From positions 1-56,661 of the IMG/VR virus record IMGVR_UViG_3300043395_002017: a stretch of DNA of 56,661 nt. One strand, given 5' to 3'. Made by a program: the position numbers and the translations under genes. Each line of letters begins with the position of its first letter. The stretch's first letter is position 1. Shown piece after piece: positions 36,214 through 45,525 of this stretch. Under the pieces are notes generated by a model. That model was not told where the DNA came from. It made no database searches and saw nothing but the letters and a program-made list of their open reading frames with translations. The DNA comes from a virus. Taxonomy: Duplodnaviria; Caudoviricetes.

Positions 36214-36290
36214 TTTACATAGAATAAATGGGGACAGAGACACAACAGAGTTGCTTTTGCTTGACAAAGACACGCAAGCTATGTAAAACT

Positions 36291-36462
36291 GGGGCTGTCG
36301 ATTGGACGGGTAACGGTGGCAATCGGCAACGACTGTAAAGTCGTCATAGCGCTACCACGGGAGAGACATTGAAACAGCGCAAATGGATGGCGAAGATAGC
36401 GTCCTAATGTCGAAAGGCTGTCGTAAGAGCTAACAAGCTCTAAAGGCTCCCCACAGGAGTCT
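36291..36462 (+). ncRNA. Candidate structured non-coding RNA of unknown family
   Basis: Several complementary stems, a GNRA loop, no ORF, TTGACA promoter upstream at 36261. Confidence 0.5.
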
Positions 36463-36703
36463 TAGTGTATCTATAGAGTGTTAATGAACAATAATAACAT
36501 TTTGATGCATGCTTCTAGTTGGTTTCATCTTTATACCTTGTTAACAATTTAAACACGCCAGTATCAGCACTCTAATAAATAAACATTGTTTTTAATCTAA
36601 CAAACATTGTTACTTCTAACATTGCTAATGTTAGAAACATAAAATAACAAAGATGTTGTTCTAAGTCGCTAATGTAACCGATAACAACCTATATAGTCTA
36701 CAT

Positions 36704-36731
36704 AAGGGAATTCTAACGAGTTCCCTTTTTT
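36704..36731 (+). terminator. Intrinsic terminator
   Basis: aagggaattc-taac-gagttccctt followed by T tract. Confidence 0.75.
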
Positions 36732-36753
36732 GTTAACTAAAAGCAGGGTGTTG

Positions 36754-36782
36754 TTGACACACAACGTATTTTGGTTTACATT
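36754..36782 (+). promoter_or_regulatory. sigma70-like promoter at start of late arm
   Basis: TTGACA-17-TACATT. Confidence 0.7.
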
Positions 36783-36804
36783 GTTACCCCGAAAGGAATG
36801 TGTT

Positions 36805-37059
36805 GTGGCCCGCTTCAAAACACGAAAAGAACTCGGAGCACTTGTTAATAGTCCGCCGCACAGCTATTATGCTGTTGCCATGAAACAGGTGTTCAAAGAC
36901 AAAGAAGAGGTGAAGACGATTGGATATCACTCTGATGTCTATTACGTCAGAGCAGCGTTAGAAAGGCATACAGGCTTGTTAATTCCGCTTCCGGCTGTTG
37001 ACAAAGCAATGCGTGACGAAGGCTGGTATGAAGGCGTTGTCAATAGACGTCGCTATTAA
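36805..37059 (+). CDS. Hypothetical protein
   Basis: GTG start after gaaagga; HSDVYYVRAALE.HTG. Confidence 0.7.
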   Translation: MARFKTRKELGALVNSPPHSYYAVAMKQVFKDKEEVKTIGYHSDVYYVRAALERHTGLLIPLPAVDKAMRDEGWYEGVVNRRRY

Positions 37060-37082
37060 TTTCTGTTACAACGCGGAGTAAT

Positions 37083-37358
37083 ATGACCATCAAACGAGGC
37101 AACGAAACTTTCAGTGGCTACAACAAGCCTAAGCGTACTCCTTCTCATCCGAAGAAGAGCCATGCTGTTTTGGCTAAAGAGGGCGACAAAGTGAAGCTCA
37201 TTCGTTTTGGTCAACAAGGCGTTAGTGGTTCTCCAAAGAAAGAAAACGAAAGCGAAGCCTATCGCAAACGTCGTGAAAGCTTCAAAGCTCGACACGCCAG
37301 TAATATAGCTAAAGGCAAAATGTCTGCTGCGTATTGGGCTGACAAGGAGAAGTGGTAA
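37083..37358 (+). CDS. Conserved small basic phage protein (DUF6321-like)
   Basis: GYNKPKRTP.HPKKSH...KLIRFGQQG...SFKARH...AAYWA. Confidence 0.8.
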   Translation: MTIKRGNETFSGYNKPKRTPSHPKKSHAVLAKEGDKVKLIRFGQQGVSGSPKKENESEAYRKRRESFKARHASNIAKGKMSAAYWADKEKW

Positions 37359-37624
37359 TGCCGTTTCAGTCGAATGGAAAACGACAATATAGTCGTGAGC
37401 TTCAATGGGAAAAAGACAGCAAGCCGCAGCGTGTTAAACAGCGTGCTCAACGCAATGCTGCCAGAGCTAAGCTGATGGACGAAGGCGCAGTTAAGCCGGG
37501 TCATGATGTTGACCATAAGCGTCCTCTGTCAAAGGGTGGTAGCAATACACGTAGCAATTTGCGTTCTGTTCCGGCGTCAAAGAACAGAAGCGTTAAGCGT
37601 AAAGCTGATGGAAGTTTGCGATAA
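37358..37624 (+). CDS. HNH endonuclease-like protein
   Basis: DVDHKRPLSKGGSN.RSNLR...NRS. Confidence 0.8.
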   Translation: MPFQSNGKRQYSRELQWEKDSKPQRVKQRAQRNAARAKLMDEGAVKPGHDVDHKRPLSKGGSNTRSNLRSVPASKNRSVKRKADGSLR

Positions 37625-37998
37625 TGGGACGCACCAACGAAAAGCTGTGGGAAGCTGCCAAGGCGCAAGCGAAGGCAAAGATGGGTGGTAAACATTCTGC
37701 CCGAGCTATGCAGCTTGCTGGTAAAATATATAAAGATAAAGGCGGCGGCTACACTGGCGAAAAGACAGAAGCGCAGAAGTCCATGACGAAATGGACGAAG
37801 CAGGAATGGACAACGTCTAGCGGCAAGCCCTCTGAAGGCAAACGTCGTTATCTGCCGAAGGCTGCATGGGGTGCGTTGTCTGAGTCTGAGAAGAAGGCAA
37901 CGAATGCCGCAAAAGCTGCGGGTAATAAAGCGGGTAAGCAATTTGTTGCCCAACCGAAGGCTGTCGCAGAAAAGACAGCGAAATATCGAAAGAAATAA
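37624..37998 (+). CDS. Conserved small basic phage protein (DUF5872-like)
   Basis: SARAMQLA...GGGY...KWTKQEW...RYLPK...GKQFV.QP. Confidence 0.75.
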   Translation: MGRTNEKLWEAAKAQAKAKMGGKHSARAMQLAGKIYKDKGGGYTGEKTEAQKSMTKWTKQEWTTSSGKPSEGKRRYLPKAAWGALSESEKKATNAAKAAGNKAGKQFVAQPKAVAEKTAKYRKK

Positions 37999-38000
37999 AG

Positions 38001-38837
38001 ATGGCTCTTTCTAAACTATTTGGTCGTGGCGTCGGTGCTGCCACTCGTCGTGGTGCTCCTACAGCGGGTAAAAATCGCTTGATGGCTGATCTTAGCGACG
38101 ACGTCGTTAGCGAAACCAAGAGCGACCTTGCTCAAATGCGCAAGGCGTTGTCTGCCCGTGCTGCTGAAGCTGAAGACGACAAGCCCGGTGCTGCCCTGCG
38201 TCGTATAAGCGTGCAAGAAGCCGGTGGTAGGGCTGCGTTGCGTACCGGTAGTCGTGCAGGTGCTGTTGGCGCTGCCGGTGCTGGCGGTGTAGCTTTGGGC
38301 ACGGCTGCTAGCGAGCGTGCTAACGAAACCCGTCGTCGTATGATGGAGGACGAAGAAGACAAGACGCCTAAGCGCGTTGCTGTTGCCTCTCGGACGATGG
38401 ATGATGACGAGATGGACACCATCAAGAAGCGTCTTGATGAAGAAAAGAGCAAGCGTGAAGACAAGAAGGAGATGTCCTTCAAAGAAGCCTTTGCTGCTGC
38501 GCGTAAGGACGACAAAGCCACCTTCACGTGGCAGGGCAAGCGTTATACGACGGAGCTTGCCAAAGAAGGCCCGAAGCCGTCTGTGCGTGAAGGCAAGAAT
38601 GAGAACATTGACGACGAAACCCGTGGTCGCGCTGAGATGAACAAGGGTGGTGTCGTGAAGAAGAAATATAGCATGGGTGGTGCTGCCATTCCTGTTGTGT
38701 ATGCAGGTGCTAAGAAGCCGGTGAAGAGCATGCCCAATCCTGCTCTGGCTGCAAAGCGTCTGAATAAGCCTAAGCCTCCTGTTGTTGCAAAGACAAAGAT
38801 GGCTAAGGGTGGTGCTGTTAAAGGAAAGAAGAAATGA
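38001..38837 (+). CDS. Basic low-complexity protein with SFKEAFAAAR...FTWQGKRYTT domain and xGG motifs
   Basis: ORF sequence. Confidence 0.7.
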   Translation: MALSKLFGRGVGAATRRGAPTAGKNRLMADLSDDVVSETKSDLAQMRKALSARAAEAEDDKPGAALRRISVQEAGGRAALRTGSRAGAVGAAGAGGVALGTAASERANETRRRMMEDEEDKTPKRVAVASRTMDDDEMDTIKKRLDEEKSKREDKKEMSFKEAFAAARKDDKATFTWQGKRYTTELAKEGPKPSVREGKNENIDDETRGRAEMNKGGVVKKKYSMGGAAIPVVYAGAKKPVKSMPNPALAAKRLNKPKPPVVAKTKMAKGGAVKGKKK

Positions 38838-39061
38838 AAGCTTGTGCTGGATGTCCCAACCCCGCTGCCTGTGCCAAAGCAGGTAAGTGCATGATGGCAG
38901 GTAAGAAGATGAACTATGGTGGTGCTGTCAAGCCTATGATGGCTAAGGGTGGCGCTGTTAAAAAGAAGCCTGCGGCGCTAGCTATCATGATTGCTATGCC
39001 TGCTAAGGGCAAGGGCAAGACGAAGATGGCTATGGGCGGTTGTGCCACTAAGAAGAAGTAA
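38834..39061 (+). CDS. Small basic protein with Cys cluster and three MxxGG motifs
   Basis: ORF sequence; ATGA coupling. Confidence 0.65.
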   Translation: MKACAGCPNPAACAKAGKCMMAGKKMNYGGAVKPMMAKGGAVKKKPAALAIMIAMPAKGKGKTKMAMGGCATKKK

Positions 39062-39062
39062 A

Positions 39063-39467
39063 ATGGCTCTCATCAGCAAGCGTTCATGCCCCATTGCGAC
39101 TCAGGATGTTCATGTCAACCTGAAAAATCGCAATGAGGCTTTCAAGGAGTACGGATACGGACCTCCTGATCCCAACGCTGTAAACAAAGAGTTTTGGGAT
39201 AAGAAGGCTAAGATGTACAACGCGCCTGTTTCTGAAATCAAGAACATGCGTTGTGGCAATTGTGCAGCCTTCATTCAAACGCCTTCGATGATGAAATGCA
39301 TCATCGGTGGATTGGAGAAAGATGAAAATGAAGGTGAATTGTCATATGATGAAGCCTTTGTTGAAGCTGCCGATTTGGGCTATTGCGACTTGTTTCAATT
39401 CACCTGTGCCGCTGCTCGTACATGCGACGCATGGAAGTCTGGTGGTCCGATAAAGAAGGATAAATGA
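39063..39467 (+). CDS. Conserved Cys-rich phage protein
   Basis: NLKNR...YGYGP...RCGNCAAF...GYC...CAAARTCDAW. Confidence 0.75.
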   Translation: MALISKRSCPIATQDVHVNLKNRNEAFKEYGYGPPDPNAVNKEFWDKKAKMYNAPVSEIKNMRCGNCAAFIQTPSMMKCIIGGLEKDENEGELSYDEAFVEAADLGYCDLFQFTCAAARTCDAWKSGGPIKKDK

Positions 39468-39637
39468 TGGCTACGAAAATGACGCCTAAGCAACAGGCTA
39501 AAGTTGGTAAAGTGATGGATGAGTTTAAAATGGGAACTCTTCATCAAGGAGCAGGTAAGAAGGCTCCGGTGGTAAAGAGTCAAAAGCAGGCAGTGGCTAT
39601 TGCGCTGTCTCAGGCTCGTGGAATGAAGAAGAAGTAA
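39464..39637 (+). CDS. Small basic protein, DUF6496-like, 57 aa (not in ORF track)
   Basis: KVGKVMDEFKMGTLH...VKSQKQAVAIALSQAR. Confidence 0.75.
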   Translation: MMATKMTPKQQAKVGKVMDEFKMGTLHQGAGKKAPVVKSQKQAVAIALSQARGMKKK

Positions 39638-40876
39638 GTGTCAATAACGCACTATCCTGAACTTGTTCGCATTGCTCCCGACGGTAACACAATTACTATC
39701 GGGGGCACTTCTGTTGACGCATTTGGTCGAGCAAGAACTTCAGCGCCCTTCACACTGTTTGACAGTCAAAATCGCTATGCAAAGAATGACATGTTTAGCG
39801 AGTCAACAGCAACCGGTGGCGCTGTCTCTTATTTAGCAAACGAAAGTACGGTGGAGATGACGACAACAACGTCGTCAGGCTCTGAAGTAGTTCGTGAAAG
39901 CAAACGTGTGTTTCCTTATCAACCCGGCAAGTCGTTGTTGGTGTTGAACACGTTTGTCATGAGCGCTGCGCAAACAAACTTGCGTTGTCGCGTTGGTTAT
40001 TTTTCTACACAAAACGGTGTCTTCTTTGAACGAAACAACTCCACGCTTAACATTGTCCGTCGCTCTTATGTTACGGGCAGCGTCGTTGATACGGCTGTTG
40101 CTCAAAGCAGTTGGAATGGTGATAAGCTCGACGGTACAGGCGCAAGCGGATATACGCTCGACACGACAAAAGCACAAATCTTTTGGATGGACTTCGAATG
40201 GCTAGGCGTCGGTAGCGTTCGCTGCGGCTTTGTCATCAACGGGCAATTTATTGTTGCTCATACATTCAATCACGCAAACTCGCTGTCCACCGTCTACATG
40301 ACGACAGCCATCTTGCCCGTTCGCTATGAGATTACGAACACGGGAGCTACAGCGTCTGCTGGCAGCTTCAAGCAAATCTGCTCCACTGTCATTTCTGAAG
40401 GCGGCTATGAGCGTAAGGTGGCTGTACAGACGGCGTCAATGACAGCATTAAATACGAACATTAGCACAAGCTGGATGCCGCTTGTTTCCATTCGACTTGA
40501 TCCAACTCGACTCGACAGCGTCATCATCCCCGATGGATATAGCGTGCTGCCAACGTCGGCAAGTAGCGCTGTCTTTGAAGTGGCAATGTTTAAGAATGCT
40601 ACGCTAACGTCTCCGTCATGGACGCAGACTACGAGCGACAATGTTGAATTTGATATTTCTGCCACCGCGCTCACTGGCGGTCATCTAATCTATCACAACT
40701 TCACCATTGCATCAACTCAAACAGCCGGTACCACCAACAACGGTGGTGAATACAACTTTGACTTGCAACTGGGCAGAACTTTAGCAGGTGTTAGTGACAT
40801 CTACACCATTGCGGTTAAAACGTTGTCGGGCACTCACAATGCCATTGGATCAATGTCTTTCTGGGATTTGACATGA
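39638..40876 (+). CDS. Beta-rich putative virion structural (lectin-like) protein
   Basis: DAFGR...TLFD, YQPGKS, DFEWLGVGSVRCGF; Ser/Thr-rich. Confidence 0.7.
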   Translation: MSITHYPELVRIAPDGNTITIGGTSVDAFGRARTSAPFTLFDSQNRYAKNDMFSESTATGGAVSYLANESTVEMTTTTSSGSEVVRESKRVFPYQPGKSLLVLNTFVMSAAQTNLRCRVGYFSTQNGVFFERNNSTLNIVRRSYVTGSVVDTAVAQSSWNGDKLDGTGASGYTLDTTKAQIFWMDFEWLGVGSVRCGFVINGQFIVAHTFNHANSLSTVYMTTAILPVRYEITNTGATASAGSFKQICSTVISEGGYERKVAVQTASMTALNTNISTSWMPLVSIRLDPTRLDSVIIPDGYSVLPTSASSAVFEVAMFKNATLTSPSWTQTTSDNVEFDISATALTGGHLIYHNFTIASTQTAGTTNNGGEYNFDLQLGRTLAGVSDIYTIAVKTLSGTHNAIGSMSFWDLT

Positions 40877-41214
40877 CGACAAACAAGACACGCTCTGTAG
40901 CATTGGTGTTGACAACAAGTCCGCAGGACATTTATGTTGTTCCTGCTGCGTTTAAGTCAGAAGTTGACAGCATCCTTGTTTCCAACGGCAGCGACTCTAA
41001 TGTTCGTGTCACGCTGCAATGGTATAGCGCTGTTAACACGACGTCATACGACATCATGGATGCTGTGGAACTAAAGCCGCGCAGCATTCTCCAAATCACC
41101 AACCCGTTGTTCCTTGACAGGAACGATAAGATAACGGGCTTTGCCACTGTCGGCAGCAGCGCTATTACGGTGACGGTGAGGACGCAAGAAAACTTTGGTA
41201 ATTACACATCATGA
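40873..41214 (+). CDS. Small beta-rich putative structural protein
   Basis: IYVVP...SILVSN pattern. Confidence 0.6.
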   Translation: MTTNKTRSVALVLTTSPQDIYVVPAAFKSEVDSILVSNGSDSNVRVTLQWYSAVNTTSYDIMDAVELKPRSILQITNPLFLDRNDKITGFATVGSSAITVTVRTQENFGNYTS

Positions 41215-41579
41215 AAAAAGAACTTAACGAACAGCAACGCAAATTCATCGAAGCTTTGTTGGGCGAAGCCAATGGTAGCCCCGTTCGCGCCAAAGAAATG
41301 GCAGGCTATAGCAAGAACTATCCGACCAAGGAGTTGATGTCTACGCTGAAAGAGCACATCATCGAAGCTACGCAGCTATACATTGCCATGCATGCGCCGA
41401 AAGCGGCAATGGCTGTTATCGGTGGCATTGACGATCCGACGGAGTTGGGCATCAAAGAAAAGCTTGCGGCTGCGAAAGATTTGCTTGATCGGGCCGGTGT
41501 TGTCAAAACCGAAAAGCTTGAGGTACAATCTAGCGGTGGCATTATGATATTGCCTCCGAAAGAAGCTTCAGCGGAGTAA
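41211..41579 (+). CDS. Putative terminase small subunit
   Basis: LNEQQRKF...A.EMAGYS HTH, AAKDLLDRAG; upstream of terL. Confidence 0.7.
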   Translation: MKKELNEQQRKFIEALLGEANGSPVRAKEMAGYSKNYPTKELMSTLKEHIIEATQLYIAMHAPKAAMAVIGGIDDPTELGIKEKLAAAKDLLDRAGVVKTEKLEVQSSGGIMILPPKEASAE

Positions 41580-42035
41580 ATGAGAGAACATTTGGGCAGT
41601 TGGCTGCTTCCGCAGCCTGTTCGCACTAAAGAATATGTAAGGGTGCCGAAGCTCAATCCATACGGCAGGGTTCCTTTCGGCTATAAAATTGACCCAGATG
41701 ATCCAGATTGGTACGTTCCTATTCCTCATGAGCTTGATGCGCTTAAACTGGCAACAAAGTATTGCGCACGATATAGCTTCAGACAGGTTGCCGCATGGCT
41801 TACAAAGCAAACCGGCAGACCTATATCGCCTGATGGACTTAGAAAGCGCATAAGGGATGACAGACGACGTAAAAATCGCAGAAATTTCTATCTCGCCCTT
41901 GCAGCCAGATACAAAGACGCGCTCGAAAAGGCGAAGTCCTACGAAGAAACGCTCGGCAGGCAAGAGCGCACCGTCTTCTTCGACGAAGAACCCTACATCA
42001 GTCTCTACGAGCGACATCCAATACCCGACCGTTGA
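41580..42035 (+). CDS. DNA-binding protein resembling the serine-recombinase 'recombinase' domain
   Basis: GRVPFGYK...YSFRQVAAWL...ISPDGLRKR. Confidence 0.65.
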   Translation: MREHLGSWLLPQPVRTKEYVRVPKLNPYGRVPFGYKIDPDDPDWYVPIPHELDALKLATKYCARYSFRQVAAWLTKQTGRPISPDGLRKRIRDDRRRKNRRNFYLALAARYKDALEKAKSYEETLGRQERTVFFDEEPYISLYERHPIPDR

Positions 42036-43434
42036 GATTGAAAATGTAATTTTTAAGCCTAACGTCGGCCCTCAGACAGCGTTTTTGGCTGCTGCTGAGC
42101 GCGAAGTGCTGTACGGTGGTGCTGCTGGAGGTGGTAAAAGCTACGCTATGCTGGCTGATCCGCTTCGCTACATCACCCATCCGCAGTTTTCAGGACTACT
42201 TTTGCGTCACACCACCGAAGAACTTCGTGAACTGGTATGGAAGTCGCAGGAGATATACCCCAAAATCATCCCCGGCATCAAATGGAGCGAGCGAAAGTTC
42301 CAATGGGAGGTGCCGGGTGGTGGCAGATTATGGATGTCCTACCTTGATCGGGACGAAGACGTACTGCGCTATCAGGGTTTGTCGTTTAGCTGGATTGGTT
42401 TTGACGAATTGACGCAGTGGGCTACCCCGTTTGCGTGGAACTACATGCGTTCTCGTCTGCGTACAGCCGCCCCAGACCTGCCGGTGTACATGAGAGCGTC
42501 TACAAACCCCGGAAATAAGGGGCATGCGTGGGTGAAGAAGATGTTTATCGATCCCGCCCCACCCGGAGATGCGTTCTGGGCCACCGATATTGAGACGGGT
42601 GAGACGATGACCTACCCCGAAGGTCATAGTAAGCAGGGGCAACCTCTTTTCAAGCGTCGTTTCATCCCTGCTCGACTCGCTGACAACCCATATCTGACCA
42701 AATCGGGTGATTATGAGACAATGCTGCTTTCGTTGCCGGAGCATCAGCGCCGACAACTGCTAGAAGGAGACTGGGATGTCGCTGAAGGTGCCGCTTTCTC
42801 GGAATTTAAGCGTTCAATTCACGTTGTTGAGCCTTATTCTATTCCCTCTGACTGGGCTAGGTTTCGTGCTTGTGACTATGGCTATGGGAGTTTCACTGCT
42901 GTTCTGTGGTTTGCTGTGGCACCTGACGAGTCTCTTGTCGTTTATCGCGAACTTTATGTTACAAAGGTGCTTGCCGAAGATTTGGCAGACATGATTTTGA
43001 ATATTGAGTCGGGTGAGCGTATTCGATATGGTGTTTTGGATAGTTCATGCTGGCACCGGCGCGGGGATACCGGTCCATCTATTGCCGAGCGAATGATTGT
43101 TAAAGGGTGCAAGTGGCGGCCATCGGATCGAAGCGCTGGTAGTCGTATTGCCGGTAAGAATGAGATACATCGTCGTCTACAAATTGACCCGTATACCAAT
43201 CATCCGCGCATGACCATCTTCGAAAACTGCACACAACTCATTGCAGATTTGCCAACTATTCCGTTGGATAAGAGCAATCCTGAAGATATTGATACTAAGG
43301 TGAAAAATGACCATACCTATGACGCCCTGCGTTATGGTGTAATGAGTCGCCCGCGAAGCGCTAGTATCTTTGATTTTGACCCATCTAAGCAATCGCGTGG
43401 TATAACCGCAGTTGATCAAGTTTTCGGCTATTAA
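41857..43434 (+). CDS. terL: Terminase large subunit
   Basis: YGGAAGGGKS, IGFDE, ASTNPG, DYGY, DHTYDALRYG; start uncertain. Confidence 0.95.
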   Translation: MTDDVKIAEISISPLQPDTKTRSKRRSPTKKRSAGKSAPSSSTKNPTSVSTSDIQYPTVEIENVIFKPNVGPQTAFLAAAEREVLYGGAAGGGKSYAMLADPLRYITHPQFSGLLLRHTTEELRELVWKSQEIYPKIIPGIKWSERKFQWEVPGGGRLWMSYLDRDEDVLRYQGLSFSWIGFDELTQWATPFAWNYMRSRLRTAAPDLPVYMRASTNPGNKGHAWVKKMFIDPAPPGDAFWATDIETGETMTYPEGHSKQGQPLFKRRFIPARLADNPYLTKSGDYETMLLSLPEHQRRQLLEGDWDVAEGAAFSEFKRSIHVVEPYSIPSDWARFRACDYGYGSFTAVLWFAVAPDESLVVYRELYVTKVLAEDLADMILNIESGERIRYGVLDSSCWHRRGDTGPSIAERMIVKGCKWRPSDRSAGSRIAGKNEIHRRLQIDPYTNHPRMTIFENCTQLIADLPTIPLDKSNPEDIDTKVKNDHTYDALRYGVMSRPRSASIFDFDPSKQSRGITAVDQVFGY

Positions 43435-43446
43435 TAAGGAAACAAT

Positions 43447-45525
43447 ATGGCTATTCGTGACGATAAAAATTTCATCGATGACAAAGCCGTCGCCCTACCG
43501 GACGATAGCGGCGAAAACACCTTTGCCGGTGGCGGGCTTATCGACTTCGTAAAAGAACGATATAGCCGTTCTAAGCAGGCTCGTCGCTATGACGAAGAGC
43601 GTTGGTTGCGTGCCTATCGCAACTATCGTGGCATCTACGGTCCCGATATGAAGTTCACCGAGACTGAGAAGTCTCGCGTCTTCATCAAGGTGACCAAGAC
43701 GAAAGTGCTTGCCGCATACGGTCAAATCATTGACGTCTTGTTCTCTGGTAACAAGTTTCCGCTGTCTGTCGATCCGACGCCACAGCCCATCGGTGTAGCC
43801 GAACACGTTCACATCGACGTTGCCGAAGAACAAAAGAAGACGGCTGGACAGCCCTCATCTCCTTCATTCGAACCCGGTAAGGCATTGCCTCCGGGCACGC
43901 GCATTAGCGATCTGTTGGGGTCGATGAAGAATGCGTTCAAGGGATTGAACGTCAAAGAAGGCGCAGGCAAGTTGCCGACGCAAATCACCTTCTCGCCTGC
44001 TCAGGTTTCTGCGCGGAAGATGGACAAGAAGATTCGCGATCAGCTTGATGAGAGCCGCGCCACCACGCATCTGCGTTCCACCGCGTTCGAATGTGCCCTC
44101 TTCGGCACGGGTGTGATGAAGGGACCATTTGCAATTGACAAAGAATATCCCCGTTGGGAAGACGGCAAGTATAAGCCAATTATGAAGACGATGCCAAAGG
44201 CTGAGCATGTCAGCGTTTGGAATAGCTATGTTGACCCTGACGCAAACAACATTGAAGAGTCATCTTATTTCATTGAGCGTCACAAGCTTAGCAAGACTAA
44301 GCTGCTCGAACTCAAGCGTCGTCCGATGTTTCGCAAGAGCGTCATTGATGCGCTCATTCAAGATGGGCCAAACTACACCAAAGAGTATTGGGAAGACGAC
44401 CTGAGCGACTACGAACCCAACATGGGCGTCGAGCGTTGGGAAGTGTTGGAATATTGGGGTGCTGTTGATATCAAGATGTTGCAAGACAACGACATCGACA
44501 TCCCCAAAGAGTTTGAGGACAGCGTTGAATTGCAGGCAAACATTTGGTTCAGCGGTGGCAAGATCATACGACTTGTCCTCAATCCTTTTAAGCCTGCTCG
44601 CATTCCGTACTACGTGGTGCCGTATGAGCTAAATCCGTATTCGATGTTTGGCGTTGGCGTTGCCGAGAATATGGACGACACCCAAACGTTGATGAACGGC
44701 TTCATGCGACTCGCTGTAGACAATGCCATTCTGTCGGGCAATCTCGTCTTTGAAATCGATGAAACCAATCTCGTTCCGGGTCAGGACATGAATGTCTACC
44801 CCGGCAAGGTGTTCCGTCGTCAAGGTGGTGCTCCGGGTCAGGCTCTGTTTGGAACGTCGTTCCCCAATGTCGCACAGAGCAATCTGCAACTGTTCGATAA
44901 AGCTCGTGTACTTGCTGATGAATCCACCGGCATGCCGTCATTTGCTCACGGACAGACTGGTGTAAGCGGCGTTGGTCGCACCTCATCCGGCATCTCAATG
45001 CTGATGAATGCTGCGTCTATCAACATTAAAACCGTCGTCAAGAATATGGACGACTATTTGTTGCGCCCACTGGGAGAAGCATTCTTTAGCTTTAATATGC
45101 AATTCGATCCTGATCCCGACATCGTTGGCGATTTGGAAGTGAATGCTCGCGGCACTGAGTCTTTGATGGCTAACGAAGTGCGCAGTCAGCGTCTGTTGCA
45201 ATTCTTGCAGGTGGTGCAGAATCCGGTGTTGGCTCCGTTTGCTAAGCTGCCTTATATTGTTAAGGAAATTGCCAAGTCAATGGATTTGGACCCCGAACTT
45301 GTTTCTAATGATATGGAAGAGGCGGCTAAGCAAGCCATCTTGTTGCAGCGTATGCAGCCGCCTGCTCCGGCTATGCCGGGTGCTGCGCCGGGTGGTGAAC
45401 AGCCTTTGCCGGTGTCTGACACAAGCGGTGGTGGTGGTGGTAACATTGGCGTTGGCAGCGCTCCTGTTCCGGGTGAGCAAGGCTTTAGCGCTGCGCCCCC
45501 GCAACAACGACCCCCGATGCAATGA
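43447..45525 (+). CDS. Portal protein
   Basis: 692 aa after terL; FGTGVMKGP, GVGVAE, GRTSSGISML, Pro/Gly-rich tail. Confidence 0.9.
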   Translation: MAIRDDKNFIDDKAVALPDDSGENTFAGGGLIDFVKERYSRSKQARRYDEERWLRAYRNYRGIYGPDMKFTETEKSRVFIKVTKTKVLAAYGQIIDVLFSGNKFPLSVDPTPQPIGVAEHVHIDVAEEQKKTAGQPSSPSFEPGKALPPGTRISDLLGSMKNAFKGLNVKEGAGKLPTQITFSPAQVSARKMDKKIRDQLDESRATTHLRSTAFECALFGTGVMKGPFAIDKEYPRWEDGKYKPIMKTMPKAEHVSVWNSYVDPDANNIEESSYFIERHKLSKTKLLELKRRPMFRKSVIDALIQDGPNYTKEYWEDDLSDYEPNMGVERWEVLEYWGAVDIKMLQDNDIDIPKEFEDSVELQANIWFSGGKIIRLVLNPFKPARIPYYVVPYELNPYSMFGVGVAENMDDTQTLMNGFMRLAVDNAILSGNLVFEIDETNLVPGQDMNVYPGKVFRRQGGAPGQALFGTSFPNVAQSNLQLFDKARVLADESTGMPSFAHGQTGVSGVGRTSSGISMLMNAASINIKTVVKNMDDYLLRPLGEAFFSFNMQFDPDPDIVGDLEVNARGTESLMANEVRSQRLLQFLQVVQNPVLAPFAKLPYIVKEIAKSMDLDPELVSNDMEEAAKQAILLQRMQPPAPAMPGAAPGGEQPLPVSDTSGGGGGNIGVGSAPVPGEQGFSAAPPQQRPPMQ

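Noticed and set aside
36291-36462. tmRNA (starts GGGGCTG...GACGGG)
   Set aside because: No T-arm or CCA 3' end, no tag-peptide frame, too short
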